Part shown: positions 10,801-21,052 of the stretch, one piece after another
Layout: each line of letters begins with the position of its first letter
How positions within the stretch are numbered: position 1 is the first letter of the stretch
Source: a virus
IMG/VR virus record: IMGVR_UViG_3300029267_004179
Span: 32,001 to 96,000 of that record
Reading direction: 5' to 3' (one strand)
DNA length: 64,000 nucleotides
The notes under the pieces: generated by a model
What the model saw: the letters and a program-made list of their open reading frames with translations, nothing else
What the model was told of the DNA's origin: nothing
Databases searched by the model: none
Made by a program: the position numbers and the translations under genes

Positions 10801-13800
10801 GGGAAGCATATGAACGTGGTGAGTATTATGAGCCCAGATATGCAAGGGGAAAGGAATCAGCCGAAGGTGGTCTTTGGATACTCCCGATAATTGACAGGGA
10901 GGGCAAGCCAGTAGAAGGAACATATGACTGGAGAAGGCCGGTTGCTGAAGCTTTGCCAGCACCACAGACAGGATTTTGGGAAGCGTGGGGAGAAGGGTTT
11001 GAGCCTGTTGGTGATTCAAAGCAAAGGGCTATGATTGATGAAATCAACGAAACAATAGGCAAGGTTCAATCTGAAATATGGGATACTGTTAATGAATGGT
11101 TGAAAAACTTTTCCGATGCTGTTCAAGAGTCATTCCGTGCAAGAATGGAGACGATAGTTGTTAAGCTGTTTGATGTAACAAGAGGCGAAACGCTTTTTGT
11201 TACCACTGAAGATTACACCTATTGGATGAAAGAAGTGAGTCAACATGCTCAAGAAAAGTTTTTTCTTGCTATCCTTAACCCATTACGATTCACAATAATA
11301 GATGTTTTTGAAGAACTGGAAGAAAAATTTGGCAAACAAATAATAGGTGGATTCAATGTTGAAACTATACTTCAGGATGGAGAAATAGTTGATACGATAA
11401 GGAACTTTACAACTCAAGCGTTCGGGGTAAGTGCCAATTCTGTAATGGGGCGGTATTTAAGGTTTCTTGAAGAGTCAATGCAAAAGGAAGAAATGACACC
11501 TGAAGAAGTGGATAAATTAATGCAGGTTCTTGCACAATTTAATGCAGCTTATACTAAAATGATGGAAGTTTATCAAGGGGTCATTGATCATACACAAAGT
11601 ATTATATCTGATAGAACAGAATATGAACAGGCTTTATATGATATTCAAGAGTACTACCAAGATGCCTATGACACCTTAAAGGAGCTTGGTGCAAGTGAAG
11701 AACTACTTCTTGGCATTCGTGAGCAGGAAAGACAGGCAAATGAAAAGATAGTAAATGAGTTTGCAAAGGGTAGAAAAGAAATTGAATCAGAAATGAATCA
11801 GTATATTGAAGCTATCACAAATCCACTTGAAGGACTTGCGCTCGAATTGGATACGGTAAACACTCAATTTGATGCTTGGATAAGTAGCCTAAAGGAGCTT
11901 GGTGCAAGTCAAGCGGAATTGGAACATGCCGAGGTGGAAAGGCATAGAGCCATTACTGCTGCAATAGAGAGTTATTATGGTAGTCTTTTAACGAGCTTGG
12001 TCAGTCCATTTCAAGAATTGGCAAAAAGTATTGAAGAACTTCAAGCTGAAATATCCGGCGCTTCTGAAGTAGATGTCCTTTCGAAAAAGTTAAATGAAAT
12101 GAGAAAGGAAATGGGGATTGCCGGTGCAGAAGATTTGTTTGATTTTGGATGGCTTGGTGAAAACTTGGTAAAGAAAATTGAAACAGGTATAAGTGAACCG
12201 GCAAAGGAAGCTGTTGCCGCCTTATTTGGTGAAGGAAATGATCCGGGTGGTAATATAATAAGACCTTGGGATAGACATCCAGAACTTGGACCTACACCGG
12301 GAGTTATCAGTCCTTCTGCTGAACCGGAAGTTGCCGAGAATCAAGGAAAACAAGCTGCTGAAGTACTCAAAGAATACATTACTTCATGGACGCTTGGACT
12401 CCTTGAAAAAGGATCGATGGTTACAGAAGAAGCAATGAATGAAGCAATAGCAATGTGGTACCGGAATAATAGAGAGTTGGCAGGAATAGAAGCAATAAAT
12501 GAAGAGATGATCACCGATCTTATTTCATCCTTAATGGGTAGTCTTGTCGAACCTTATGTTGAGGCTGCAAGGCAAGAAAAGTTTGGGCAGGTTTATAGTG
12601 AGGCTGTTGATTTTATAAAAAGGGAAATTCAAAGAGTATTTATAAGTGAAACCGGGGCTGGTGAAAAGACTTTCGCAGAGGCAGATGTAGAGCAAATAAA
12701 GAAACAGATATGGACAAAAATGACTCAGGCAATTCCTGATGTTGATGTTATCAGAAATATCTTCTCTTCCATTTGGGATAGGTTATGGGAAGAATATACA
12801 GGGGGATATGCCGGTGTTGCTGGCGGCGTCGGGATTGATAAGGGGTTTGAAGGTCAAATTGATAGTTCTGTTAAGGCGCTTGTTGAAGAAGGTGTATCTC
12901 AGGAAGATATAGTTGAATACTTAACTGTCCTGCGGGATTACTACAAGTCATTCTTTAAACAATTAAAGGATGATTGGGGAAAATGGGATAGTGTTAAAAC
13001 AAACGCAGAAGAGGCAATTAATTTGATATCTACTGCATTAGAGCCTCAACGGTCGGTTTTGCAGAAGATACCCCAACTTATGGGTGAAAGCATAGAAGAT
13101 ATTGATGACTATATAAACAATCTTAATGAATGGGTAACTGAAGCAAAGGCAGTTAAGACAAGTTTTGAAACATTTGCAAAAGGAGTACAGGAAGCAAAAT
13201 TTAATATTAAAAAGACAACCTACCTTGCCGGTAAGACAATTGAAGAGCAGGTAGGCGCTTATGATGACTATTTAAGTCTTGCATATAGTGAACTCCAAGG
13301 TGCTTATTATGGTGACCGTCCTGAAGAAGCCTTGGAGCTGATGAGCAGAATGCAAACACTTTTGATGGAAAGGTATAATCTTGAAAATCAATTAATTGAG
13401 GAGACCTACGGTAATATGAAAAACATAGAAGCCATAGTGACTTCAATAACAGACAAAATTCGGCAATTACGATATTCAGAATATAATTTACAGCTGCCGG
13501 TACAAAAGGCAGAGATTGCGACGGAAGATTATGCTACACTCCTTCAAGCTGCTCGAAGTGGAGATGCTGCGGATATTAATAAATATATTGGATTTATTGA
13601 TACCTATTTGCGACAATCCATGGATGCTTATAAATCGAACGAACAGTACCAAGAAATTTGGGAACAAGTAAACGATGATCTTGAAAGCCTTAATCTTACA
13701 ATGCAAGCCTATACTTCCGAAGATACCATTTATTTGCAGAAGCTTAATGAGGCTGCCGACTATACCAACAATTGGCTTGAAAAAATCCAAGAGCATGCTG

Positions 13801-14546
13801 AGGAAGAAGGAGAAGAGATGGGTCAAATTATAGGCGACCAGTCTGATACCCTTAAAAAACTACTCGGTAGATCGGGAGTTATAAACAGAAGTCTTGAAAC
13901 GATAAACAATTCGATAAGTAATGTAGCATTGGCAATCAATAATCTTGAAGACCATTTGGCTTCAGCTATAGAAGGGATGGAAGGCGGCGGCGGTCTTGGC
14001 GGGTATACAGGTGGTTTATCCGAGTCTGACAGATCGATTTTGAACGAACTTGCTACTCGATACTTTGATCCTGGTACGGGAGCCGAAGCGTTTACTGAAA
14101 GCATAAGTGAATTGGCGGTTCTTTATCAGCAATTGATGGCGGGTGGTGCAGATGCTTGGAGTGCTGCTGCATCTACATTTGGTTTGACAACCGAAAGATA
14201 CCGGGCTGATTTTGAACTACTCAAAAGTATTCTTCATTTTCAGGGCGGCGGTATGGCTAAAGGCCCGGATGAAGGGTATCCAGCTATATTGCATGGCATT
14301 GAGGCAGTTATCCCTATGAATGGTGCAAATATTCCTGTCCAAATAGTTGGTGGTGGAAAGGATGCCACTTTGTTGGATGAGGTCAAAAAATCAAATCTTC
14401 TTCTTTCGGCATTGCTTAACAAGGATAGCAAGGTTGATGTTCATATAGGAAATGAGAAATTTAAAGGAACTATCCGGAAAGAAGCGAATCAGCTTATGGT
14501 TGAGGTCCATGACCGTGGCGCTTATGGCAAAATGGTTGTGCCTTAA
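7899..14546 (+). CDS. tail tape measure protein (TP901 family core)
   Basis: FEQTMA.V..VTGAT, LAMAGF, LPSTLNLA.A, GIQGS.AGT.L motifs; 2215 aa, helical. Confidence 0.95.
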   Translation: MFAGYKIEVDTKTANIATAKLRNNLKGVGGQAKISEKEMRRLESRMKKGLGAGKAAKDMESLARATKMTRLEVARFQAKVGNYSGALATLSGGAKKAYNSLFSLKTMFASMGAAMATGAIITAGKNFEQTMAIVRGVTGATIEEFDELSAAARRMGEQTEWSATQAGDSLRFLAMAGFTVQEAITALPSTLNLATAGNLELGRAADIASNAMTALGLSAEDLSRVNDVFVATATRSNSTVEMLAESFKYVAPTAKALGYEVEELNAYLGKLHDAGIQGSMAGTQLNQAMLRTHKVFKKLGIDGEGKSLLDALEAMKEAQWGVNEVMGVFAGRGGRAILTLMDMTDGINSLTEANKNSAGEAKRLADIMRDTVHGSFKRVASVIESVMLDIFEEYKGSLKELLQDTAEWIEQNKTGLVGFVTALGEGAKTATDSLAAIGGSLDAIRKSSGFIGDSFSDHPEILTFGMMGLFLFGVQGGAVVGTLAMVVNYLNDASKMAGMIAGGAVDFSTFMDSNNKDMKELIVAFERGGNAGVEFVEKQRRIKELQIYYADLRTELKKTTDMQDSWRGSFVSSFYTKGDDPYSKELEKTKTKIIEVKAELGLLQAQSENYIDVWQHKAQDISAPLRKQTTETLLASKAMKAYNDSIYAMRGKQEVVPADNSKSLAKMEKYIEEVKTLNMSAREADLYDQQKWYEERLTHFEKYGGDIEALNKANNKTISEINKKYRKDAINADKKAYDKRLKAMEDYKKGIQSYADDWADINKELAVGFAISPEANEERTDFMEVQNEWDSITVDIENAAKEAREIWRDASEDISEDLSDAFGSFIDGTYDSWDDLVDHMMSTFQGAATEIANKQIKMLFTDPGGEEIKMTEMEKYAAGGGAIASAFQAYQSAKQGQAGAAIAQGVGAALMAYAAASGSAYVMMAAAVVSALGGLFGSPSGGGGMRQWQVRYDPYRRMTDEELAIAKREAYERGEYYEPRYARGKESAEGGLWILPIIDREGKPVEGTYDWRRPVAEALPAPQTGFWEAWGEGFEPVGDSKQRAMIDEINETIGKVQSEIWDTVNEWLKNFSDAVQESFRARMETIVVKLFDVTRGETLFVTTEDYTYWMKEVSQHAQEKFFLAILNPLRFTIIDVFEELEEKFGKQIIGGFNVETILQDGEIVDTIRNFTTQAFGVSANSVMGRYLRFLEESMQKEEMTPEEVDKLMQVLAQFNAAYTKMMEVYQGVIDHTQSIISDRTEYEQALYDIQEYYQDAYDTLKELGASEELLLGIREQERQANEKIVNEFAKGRKEIESEMNQYIEAITNPLEGLALELDTVNTQFDAWISSLKELGASQAELEHAEVERHRAITAAIESYYGSLLTSLVSPFQELAKSIEELQAEISGASEVDVLSKKLNEMRKEMGIAGAEDLFDFGWLGENLVKKIETGISEPAKEAVAALFGEGNDPGGNIIRPWDRHPELGPTPGVISPSAEPEVAENQGKQAAEVLKEYITSWTLGLLEKGSMVTEEAMNEAIAMWYRNNRELAGIEAINEEMITDLISSLMGSLVEPYVEAARQEKFGQVYSEAVDFIKREIQRVFISETGAGEKTFAEADVEQIKKQIWTKMTQAIPDVDVIRNIFSSIWDRLWEEYTGGYAGVAGGVGIDKGFEGQIDSSVKALVEEGVSQEDIVEYLTVLRDYYKSFFKQLKDDWGKWDSVKTNAEEAINLISTALEPQRSVLQKIPQLMGESIEDIDDYINNLNEWVTEAKAVKTSFETFAKGVQEAKFNIKKTTYLAGKTIEEQVGAYDDYLSLAYSELQGAYYGDRPEEALELMSRMQTLLMERYNLENQLIEETYGNMKNIEAIVTSITDKIRQLRYSEYNLQLPVQKAEIATEDYATLLQAARSGDAADINKYIGFIDTYLRQSMDAYKSNEQYQEIWEQVNDDLESLNLTMQAYTSEDTIYLQKLNEAADYTNNWLEKIQEHAEEEGEEMGQIIGDQSDTLKKLLGRSGVINRSLETINNSISNVALAINNLEDHLASAIEGMEGGGGLGGYTGGLSESDRSILNELATRYFDPGTGAEAFTESISELAVLYQQLMAGGADAWSAAASTFGLTTERYRADFELLKSILHFQGGGMAKGPDEGYPAILHGIEAVIPMNGANIPVQIVGGGKDATLLDEVKKSNLLLSALLNKDSKVDVHIGNEKFKGTIRKEANQLMVEVHDRGAYGKMVVP

Positions 14547-14567
14547 TCTTAAAATTAACCGTGTTAA

Positions 14568-14645
14568 TTTAGCTTATATTAAACGATCTGATAAAAACTA
14601 ATATAAGGGTATAGGGTAAAAATTTTATAGGGGTTAAAAAGGAAA
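14568..14645 (+). repeat. dispersed intergenic element, copy 2
   Basis: ATTAAACGATCTGATAAAAACTAATATAAGGG-TATAGGGTAAAAATTTTATAGG-GGTTAAAAAGGAAAT; core 14610-14631. Confidence 0.95.
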
Positions 14646-15916
14646 TGCTTTTAATTGAAGTCACCATAAACGGAACAGTAAATTATCTTTCGATGGAAGG
14701 TATTGAATTGACGAGATGGTGGGATAACAAAGTGATTTCATTTACTGCTCCTAATTACACCATTAAGGATACTTATGGTGGTTATGTAGATGTTGAATTC
14801 GGAAACATAGAATTTTCACCCGATCTTTTTCTTTCTCCTAATTGGCCTCCTCCTGCTGAATGCCCTATAGTTGTGAAATATACAGATACCGACGAAGCAA
14901 GTGCAGAGGTTCTTTTTGATGGTACCTGCTATATCAGGAAAATAAACAGGGAATCAATAGTATATGACATCTTCGATGAAGCGTTTGATATAAATCTTTT
15001 GGATACTGCTGTTGATTACAATGGGGATACCGTACCGTTACCAAGAGCTTTTGGGACTGTTACTTTTGTCAATCCGGTAAGACTACCGGATGCCGGTGGT
15101 TTCCCGATATGGCATAAAGGGAATATTCAAGGAGTACTTGGAACTAATTATTTCTGTTATGATGACGGAATAGATGTTTCAGTTAATTTCACCGATCTTG
15201 GCACTACCCTACAACAAAACGTAGGGCTTGCCGGGGAACTTACATTATCAGGAGTTGGCCTTGAAACGACTCTTGACCAAGTTATGAGTTGGGGAGCTAT
15301 AACTAAACTTGGTCTTGCCTATGATAATTCCGTTGGCAGGGTAGTGAGTCCACCAATTAATTATTGGGCGGCAGGGCAGGATAAAATAATATCTTTTTTA
15401 TCAGATATATGCTTGTTTTTCACTCATCTTAATTATATCAGGAATAACACTCTTTATCTTGTAGATATGTTTCAAGATAATGGAACAAGAACTATTACTG
15501 AGTTTGAGTTCTTTCCTGCCGAGTATGATTATGAAGTCCCGATAAGGATAATAAAATCCGCATGGGAGAATCGCTTTTCTGTTTCTGAAACGATAGGGCA
15601 ATATGTTAAGCATGTTCCTGATAAAACAGAAAGGACAACTGCTTTTCCGTATGGCAATTTAATGGAAGTAACACCATTCGATGATATCAAGTCAAATATA
15701 GAAGCTGCACTTGACAATATATTACTTGTTCATCCAAAACCACGAGCAAGAGTTTCATTGCCTCTTTTGGGTAGTTTGCCTGTTCCCGGTGAAGCGATAA
15801 CTCTTGAAGATACTTCACTTGCTGAAGATACAGATGTAGTTATAAGGTGCAGAAAAATTACTTACGATTTTAATAATGATGAAGTTGTAGTAGAAGGTGA
15901 AGGGACACTGACATAA
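14645..15916 (+). CDS. tail tip/baseplate hub protein
   Basis: Directly follows the tape measure; PLPRAFG and YDDG motifs seen in tail hub proteins. Confidence 0.6.
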   Translation: MLLIEVTINGTVNYLSMEGIELTRWWDNKVISFTAPNYTIKDTYGGYVDVEFGNIEFSPDLFLSPNWPPPAECPIVVKYTDTDEASAEVLFDGTCYIRKINRESIVYDIFDEAFDINLLDTAVDYNGDTVPLPRAFGTVTFVNPVRLPDAGGFPIWHKGNIQGVLGTNYFCYDDGIDVSVNFTDLGTTLQQNVGLAGELTLSGVGLETTLDQVMSWGAITKLGLAYDNSVGRVVSPPINYWAAGQDKIISFLSDICLFFTHLNYIRNNTLYLVDMFQDNGTRTITEFEFFPAEYDYEVPIRIIKSAWENRFSVSETIGQYVKHVPDKTERTTAFPYGNLMEVTPFDDIKSNIEAALDNILLVHPKPRARVSLPLLGSLPVPGEAITLEDTSLAEDTDVVIRCRKITYDFNNDEVVVEGEGTLT

Positions 15917-16887
15917 TGAAAGTAATTTATCCTGATAAAGTAACCGGCTTGACTCCATCATCTACCCCACTAACAGGGACAATAACCTTGACAAATGGTG
16001 GTAATGCGCTTCTTGGTGTCGGCACTTCTTTTACTACCGAGTTAACAAGTCAACAAGGGGATCAAATATATTTAGATGCTGATGGAGTGATAGTTGAGGT
16101 TGATGTGGTTGCAACTGATCTTTTAGCTTCATTAACTGCTAATTACACTGGCGCTGGCGGTTCTGGGCCGGGAAGTATATATGAAGAAAAAGCGCTTTTC
16201 CCAAAGGAAAATGTTTCTGATGATCATCCAAAGAAACCGTGGAAATCCGTATCAGATGATGCGACAATGCATGTGGCTGTTTCTGGCGGTAGTAATGCAA
16301 TAGCAATCTTTGCAACAAATGCTGAAACAATAACAGTTACAGTTATGAATGATATTGAAACGATTACTTTATGGGGGCCAGAAATATATGACTTACAGGG
16401 GATAGATACTTATTATGAACTAATCACAGATACCGGTGAAAGATGGTATGTGCTTTGGGTAGATTATCCTTATCAAGCAAATCCTGTTAGTATAGTAGTT
16501 GATTTTGAATCACCGTCTGCAACAAGGGTAGGAATAATCAGAGCCGGTGCTACATATACTTTCCCAGACCCCAGATGGGGTTTGAGTGAAGGACTTGTTG
16601 ACTACTCGATAATTAAGGAATTAAGCAATGGTGCTACCTATATTCGCAAAAGAGATATAGTGAGAAAGTTTGATGGCGATATTACTATGGTAAGGGACCG
16701 TGATTTTTATAAGTTTATGCACAAGGTAATTAAGACAAAAGGACCGGGACCGCTTGCCTGGAAGGTATCAACTAATTTATCAAATTTCGATTGGGCTGTA
16801 TTTGCAAGACCGCAAAACATGCCGAGGGGAAGTCACACTTTCCCCGCTTGGAGTCGTGTCAATTTTCAATTACTTGAAGTTGTGTAG
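15916..16887 (+). CDS. minor tail protein
   Basis: Coupled to the upstream gene; GTITLTNG...GVGTSFT insert; D.SI..E...GA.YI..R distal-tail-like motif. Confidence 0.6.
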   Translation: MKVIYPDKVTGLTPSSTPLTGTITLTNGGNALLGVGTSFTTELTSQQGDQIYLDADGVIVEVDVVATDLLASLTANYTGAGGSGPGSIYEEKALFPKENVSDDHPKKPWKSVSDDATMHVAVSGGSNAIAIFATNAETITVTVMNDIETITLWGPEIYDLQGIDTYYELITDTGERWYVLWVDYPYQANPVSIVVDFESPSATRVGIIRAGATYTFPDPRWGLSEGLVDYSIIKELSNGATYIRKRDIVRKFDGDITMVRDRDFYKFMHKVIKTKGPGPLAWKVSTNLSNFDWAVFARPQNMPRGSHTFPAWSRVNFQLLEVV

Positions 16888-16896
16888 GAGAATAAA

Positions 16897-17277
16897 ATGG
16901 GATCATATACTTGGAATGTCTTTCCGTTATCAGGGACTGCTAATTTTGAAGGAACTGCAAGGACTGCACTTGAGCAATGGAGAACCAATGCCAGTCTTAT
17001 GGATAATGAGATAACTACAGCAAGGAGTACTTATCCGTCATTAAACGCAAGACTTGATGATATCCTTGGTAGTATCCCTCCTGGTACTATTACCTATGGG
17101 CAGTTGGACATCTTGAATGCTCCTACCGATACCTATCAACTTACCTATAATTTAGCAAGTGATAAGATGGAATGGGTAGTTCCTGGAGCTGCCGCTGATC
17201 CTGGCGATGTGCGTTTTGAAGCTGCTGATCCGAAACAATATCTTAATGAAAAATTAAGACAAAGATTTTTATTATAG
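16897..17277 (+). CDS. minor tail/fibre protein
   Basis: EI..AR..YPSL.ARLD motif typical of fibre/baseplate proteins. Confidence 0.55.
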   Translation: MGSYTWNVFPLSGTANFEGTARTALEQWRTNASLMDNEITTARSTYPSLNARLDDILGSIPPGTITYGQLDILNAPTDTYQLTYNLASDKMEWVVPGAAADPGDVRFEAADPKQYLNEKLRQRFLL

Positions 17278-17286
17278 GAGGATAGT

Positions 17287-18021
17287 ATGCCTTTTGCTTA
17301 TAATCGACTTGTTGAATGCAAAGCTATCGCAAATAGTGTTCAGACACAGTTTGCGAATCCGGCAGGAAAAACAACCTATATCAGAAGCATATCTATCCAC
17401 AATGCTGCTGCTGTTACTATTCCATTCGGATTGTATAATGTTCCTGATGTGGCCGGTGCAGTAGGTGTTGCTGGTGCTACAAATTGTTTCTATCTCAACA
17501 CAATAGGACTACAACCGGGTGAGATATTAACTTTTGAATTTACTCCTCCAGGCATTATATTGGAGGATTTGAATGATACTATTCAAACCTACGCTTCTGA
17601 CTTGACGGGTGCTTTGTCCTTTCAGATGTTCGGTGCTATTGAAACTACTATAGCACCGACTTTTAACTATAAGCGAATTATAGAGATGCAAGCCTTACCA
17701 CTTGTAACAACTACGATCTTTGCCAATCCCGCAGCAACAACCACTTATATAAAACTTCTGATTCTTTGCAACCTTGACCCATCATCGAATTATGTGAGGG
17801 TTTGGAATGTTCCTGATGCTGCTGGTGCTGTTGGGGTAGTAAGTGATGGAACGCAGATTTTTGGTGATTCTGTTTTGGGGATGGCGGCAGAAGAAACAGT
17901 GATAATGGAGTTCCTTGATGGCGGCTTGATGTTAGAGGATTTAAATGATACAATACAGGCAATTTCAGTTGCACCTACTACATGGAGTCCCACCATACAA
18001 GCATTTGGAGCGCAAGAATAA
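17287..18021 (+). CDS. virion protein with a duplicated domain
   Basis: Two copies of FANPA..TTYI....NVPD.AGAVGV....LEDLNDTIQ....Q.FGA.E. Confidence 0.6.
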   Translation: MPFAYNRLVECKAIANSVQTQFANPAGKTTYIRSISIHNAAAVTIPFGLYNVPDVAGAVGVAGATNCFYLNTIGLQPGEILTFEFTPPGIILEDLNDTIQTYASDLTGALSFQMFGAIETTIAPTFNYKRIIEMQALPLVTTTIFANPAATTTYIKLLILCNLDPSSNYVRVWNVPDAAGAVGVVSDGTQIFGDSVLGMAAEETVIMEFLDGGLMLEDLNDTIQAISVAPTTWSPTIQAFGAQE

Positions 18022-18030
18022 GGAGAAGTC

Positions 18031-18684
18031 ATGAAACGGATTTACTTCAATGATAGTGATTTGGTTATCTATGCCCCAAATTGGGTGTCCGATCTTCGTA
18101 AAAAACCAAATAGTACAAAGAATACTCAGTTGGCAAGGATTCTTGATGGTAGTTTATCGGAAACGGCTGATACTGTTAAAGATCAAAATGATGAAGATGT
18201 TGAAATCATCGAAGTTGAACCGATAGAAGTTCTTAATCAAGGGGTAGACAATGCCGGGGTGCCGTGGCTTGAGACTGAGGATGATATCGAAGATAAGTTG
18301 GATGATTTTGACATATTTGTTTGTGTTCCTGCATATCTTCATATCACTTTTAATACTGATTTTGTAGTAAAAAACGATGGTACCGATACTGTTGAGTTTG
18401 ATATAGCTTTCAGGGAAGGAAGTGATCCTGCTTCAACCTTGATAGATACTGATGATGATTTTCAGGTGGTGATGACAGAGCTTGATTACGAGTCGGTTTA
18501 TGATATTTTCACATTAACCGGGATATCCGGTGGTGAGAAAAAGGGCATCGAATATACAACTACCGGAAATCCAAAAAGGATACATATATCAGAAACCGAC
18601 TTGAAAGAAATAGTTGTTGATGGAACAGAAATGAAAGTAATTTTGGTTGGAAATGAATCAATAACCGTTTACAGGGAGTTATAA
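18031..18684 (+). CDS. acidic hypothetical tail-region protein
   Basis: AGGAG RBS; long ORF within the operon. Confidence 0.6.
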   Translation: MKRIYFNDSDLVIYAPNWVSDLRKKPNSTKNTQLARILDGSLSETADTVKDQNDEDVEIIEVEPIEVLNQGVDNAGVPWLETEDDIEDKLDDFDIFVCVPAYLHITFNTDFVVKNDGTDTVEFDIAFREGSDPASTLIDTDDDFQVVMTELDYESVYDIFTLTGISGGEKKGIEYTTTGNPKRIHISETDLKEIVVDGTEMKVILVGNESITVYREL

Positions 18685-18685
18685 A

Positions 18686-20308
18686 ATGGGAATTACAACG
18701 TCATATAAGCCCGAGCAAACAATGCTGAAAGAAATTCAGGATGGCAATCCTGCGGTCAGAACATGGGAAGCATTGAGGGATAATCTTCATGAAATAAGAA
18801 ATGACACAGGCACTTTGAATAGCACTGTAGTAGGCGATATCTATATTACTGGTGATACAGTCTTGTCTGAACCCTTGTTGTGTAATGACCTATATGTTTT
18901 AAATGAAGCAGAGCTTGACTGTGGCGGGTTTGAAGTTCTTGTTCTGGGAAACCTTGTTATAAGGTCGGCAGAACTCATCAACTGTTTGAAGCTTGAGGTT
19001 TATGGAACGATTGATATCAATCGGGCTGTTGGAGATACTTCTTTCACAAATCTACTTTACTGTGATGAAACGAACTGTCATGGTCAAGCGTGGTTTTACT
19101 ATACGGAATGGGATAGAGCGGCAGGTGTAATTATTGAGCCCGCACCTACCGACTATATAAAACCACAATTGTTTGAAAGTGCTTTTTCATGGATAACTGC
19201 TTCAAACAATTATGCTGCTGCTTTTAGGTTCGCAGAAATTCATGTTGCCGGTACTTTCGGTTTTGCTTCAATTGGTGCAAATGCCTTTGCTCAATATTGT
19301 TGTCATCCGACAAAACTTTTTGTTAAGGGCGATATGAATATGTTCACTTGTACCCAACTCTTCCTTGCTGGAAGAGATATAACTACCCCTACTTCATGGA
19401 ATGTTGTCGGATCATTCACCCATAATCTTGCTGCTTTTACTTTAAACTTGACAGGCGGCGCTGGCGGCGCTGGCGTAATCGCCACTCATGCCGGTGCTGG
19501 TGGGGAGTTTAATGGTCCACCAAACCAAACTGTAGGTGGTGCTACTGCTGGAACTTATAATGGTGGTGGTACGGGATATCGTGGAACCGGTGCTGGTGCT
19601 GCCGGTAGTCAAAAAGGTGGTGCAGGTGGTGCAGGTATTAATGGTCCCGGCGCTGGTGGGGGCGGTGGAGGCGGTGCTACTGACTTCAACTTTTATTATG
19701 GTAGTGGTGATCTTGGTTTAACATTCAACATGACATCACGTGGTGGTAATGGTGGAGCTGGTGGAGGTATAGGTGGTAATTCCGATGGTGGTGATGGCGG
19801 TGATGGTGGTGATGTAGCTGTTAGGTATACTGCCAATCAAATGACAATGCCTTTTACTGTTACTGGCGGGACCGGTGGTGCTGCTGGTGGCATTGGAGCT
19901 GCCGGTGCTAATGGTGCTGCCGGTAGCTCAAGTCATATTGTCGGAGCAGTTTTTGCCGGATATCGACCTGATATTCCAGTTCCTACTACTGCTGATGGTG
20001 CAACTACTGCTACTCTTTCATGGAATGTTCCTGCTGATGATGATGGTGACAATCTTGATTTCCAAGTAGAAGTAGAAGAAAAATATACTCCATTTGTTTT
20101 TGTGACAATTTATCAAGATGATAGTGATGCGAGTCCAGGTAAATTTTCTGGCGCTCCCCCTTATGCTCAAGGCGTAGGGAGTGTTACTTACACACCCGGT
20201 GGGTTAACTTCAGGGCAATTGTACCGTTGGAGAGTAAGGGCTTTCAAAGATACTTCCACTTCTACATATAGTATTTTTACACAATGGCGTGAATTTTATG
20301 CTACTTAG
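18686..20308 (+). CDS. glycine-rich tail fibre/receptor-binding protein with C-terminal FN3-like domain
   Basis: Long GG.GG repeats; LSW.VP.D.DGD.L.F.V...GL..G..Y.WRVRA. Confidence 0.7.
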   Translation: MGITTSYKPEQTMLKEIQDGNPAVRTWEALRDNLHEIRNDTGTLNSTVVGDIYITGDTVLSEPLLCNDLYVLNEAELDCGGFEVLVLGNLVIRSAELINCLKLEVYGTIDINRAVGDTSFTNLLYCDETNCHGQAWFYYTEWDRAAGVIIEPAPTDYIKPQLFESAFSWITASNNYAAAFRFAEIHVAGTFGFASIGANAFAQYCCHPTKLFVKGDMNMFTCTQLFLAGRDITTPTSWNVVGSFTHNLAAFTLNLTGGAGGAGVIATHAGAGGEFNGPPNQTVGGATAGTYNGGGTGYRGTGAGAAGSQKGGAGGAGINGPGAGGGGGGGATDFNFYYGSGDLGLTFNMTSRGGNGGAGGGIGGNSDGGDGGDGGDVAVRYTANQMTMPFTVTGGTGGAAGGIGAAGANGAAGSSSHIVGAVFAGYRPDIPVPTTADGATTATLSWNVPADDDGDNLDFQVEVEEKYTPFVFVTIYQDDSDASPGKFSGAPPYAQGVGSVTYTPGGLTSGQLYRWRVRAFKDTSTSTYSIFTQWREFYAT

Positions 20309-20316
20309 GAACTGAT

Positions 20317-20625
20317 ATGTTATTACCAAAAAAAACAGAAAAGAAGCCGAAAAAAGAAGGTAAAATAATAGATGAAATAAAAGGCATCCATGATCTTGAA
20401 TTTCAAGCTAAAATTGATGCAGAAATTCTTTTACAAGTAAAAGAAATACAAAAGGATGTCTTGAGATACAATAGAGCTATGGAAGTATATAATGGAATAA
20501 TAGCAGAGAAGGAGCGAATTGCAAAAATTACCTCAAAAAGAATTAAAGAAAGTATCAGCTCAAACCGAAAAGTATTTTCGAAAAGAAAGAAAACAAATAA
20601 ACAAAATATAAAGAATAGGAGGTAA
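20317..20625 (+). CDS. hypothetical basic protein
   Basis: AGGA RBS; resembles the next ORF (A..DA..L....I.KD..R). Confidence 0.55.
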   Translation: MLLPKKTEKKPKKEGKIIDEIKGIHDLEFQAKIDAEILLQVKEIQKDVLRYNRAMEVYNGIIAEKERIAKITSKRIKESISSNRKVFSKRKKTNKQNIKNRR

Positions 20626-20627
20626 TC

Positions 20628-20900
20628 ATGGAACAACCAATGACAGATGCAGAATATGATGCTCAGTATGATGCAAACACTTTGGCGAGAGCAAAGAATA
20701 TCTTAAAGGATCAGAGTAGAAAAAGTGCCGCTGAAAAAGCAGCAAAAAGGATGGTAGAAAAAGAACAAAAAGAAGCTGATTCCTTAAGGGAGATTGCTGC
20801 CGGGAACGGCATTACACCTTCACAAAAAACTTCTTCGCCATTGACTGATGGTCTTCAAGGAGCAATGGATTCGGCTTATGGCGGGAAACGCTATCGGTAG
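20628..20900 (+). CDS. hypothetical protein
   Basis: AGGAGG RBS; DA.TLARA..I..D.SR..AA motif. Confidence 0.65.
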   Translation: MEQPMTDAEYDAQYDANTLARAKNILKDQSRKSAAEKAAKRMVEKEQKEADSLREIAAGNGITPSQKTSSPLTDGLQGAMDSAYGGKRYR

Positions 20901-20911
20901 GTGGGGTAGTT

Positions 20912-21037
20912 ATGCCATTCGAAAGTAAAAAACAAGAAAAATGGATGAGAATAAACACGCCCAAATTGTATAAAGCTTGGGTTCGGAAATATGGTCATTA
21001 TAAACCGAAGAAGAAGAAATCATCCAAAAAGAAATGA
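20912..21037 (+). CDS. small basic phage protein (MPFxSxKQxxWM family)
   Basis: MPFESKKQEKWMRINTPKLYKAWVRKYG...; below the ORF track cutoff. Confidence 0.65.
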   Translation: MPFESKKQEKWMRINTPKLYKAWVRKYGHYKPKKKKSSKKK

Positions 21038-21052
21038 CTGAGGGGGGAGGTC

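Noticed and set aside
18686-20308. Diversity-generating retroelement target in the tail fibre
   Set aside because: No reverse transcriptase and no adenine-variant TR/VR pair noticed
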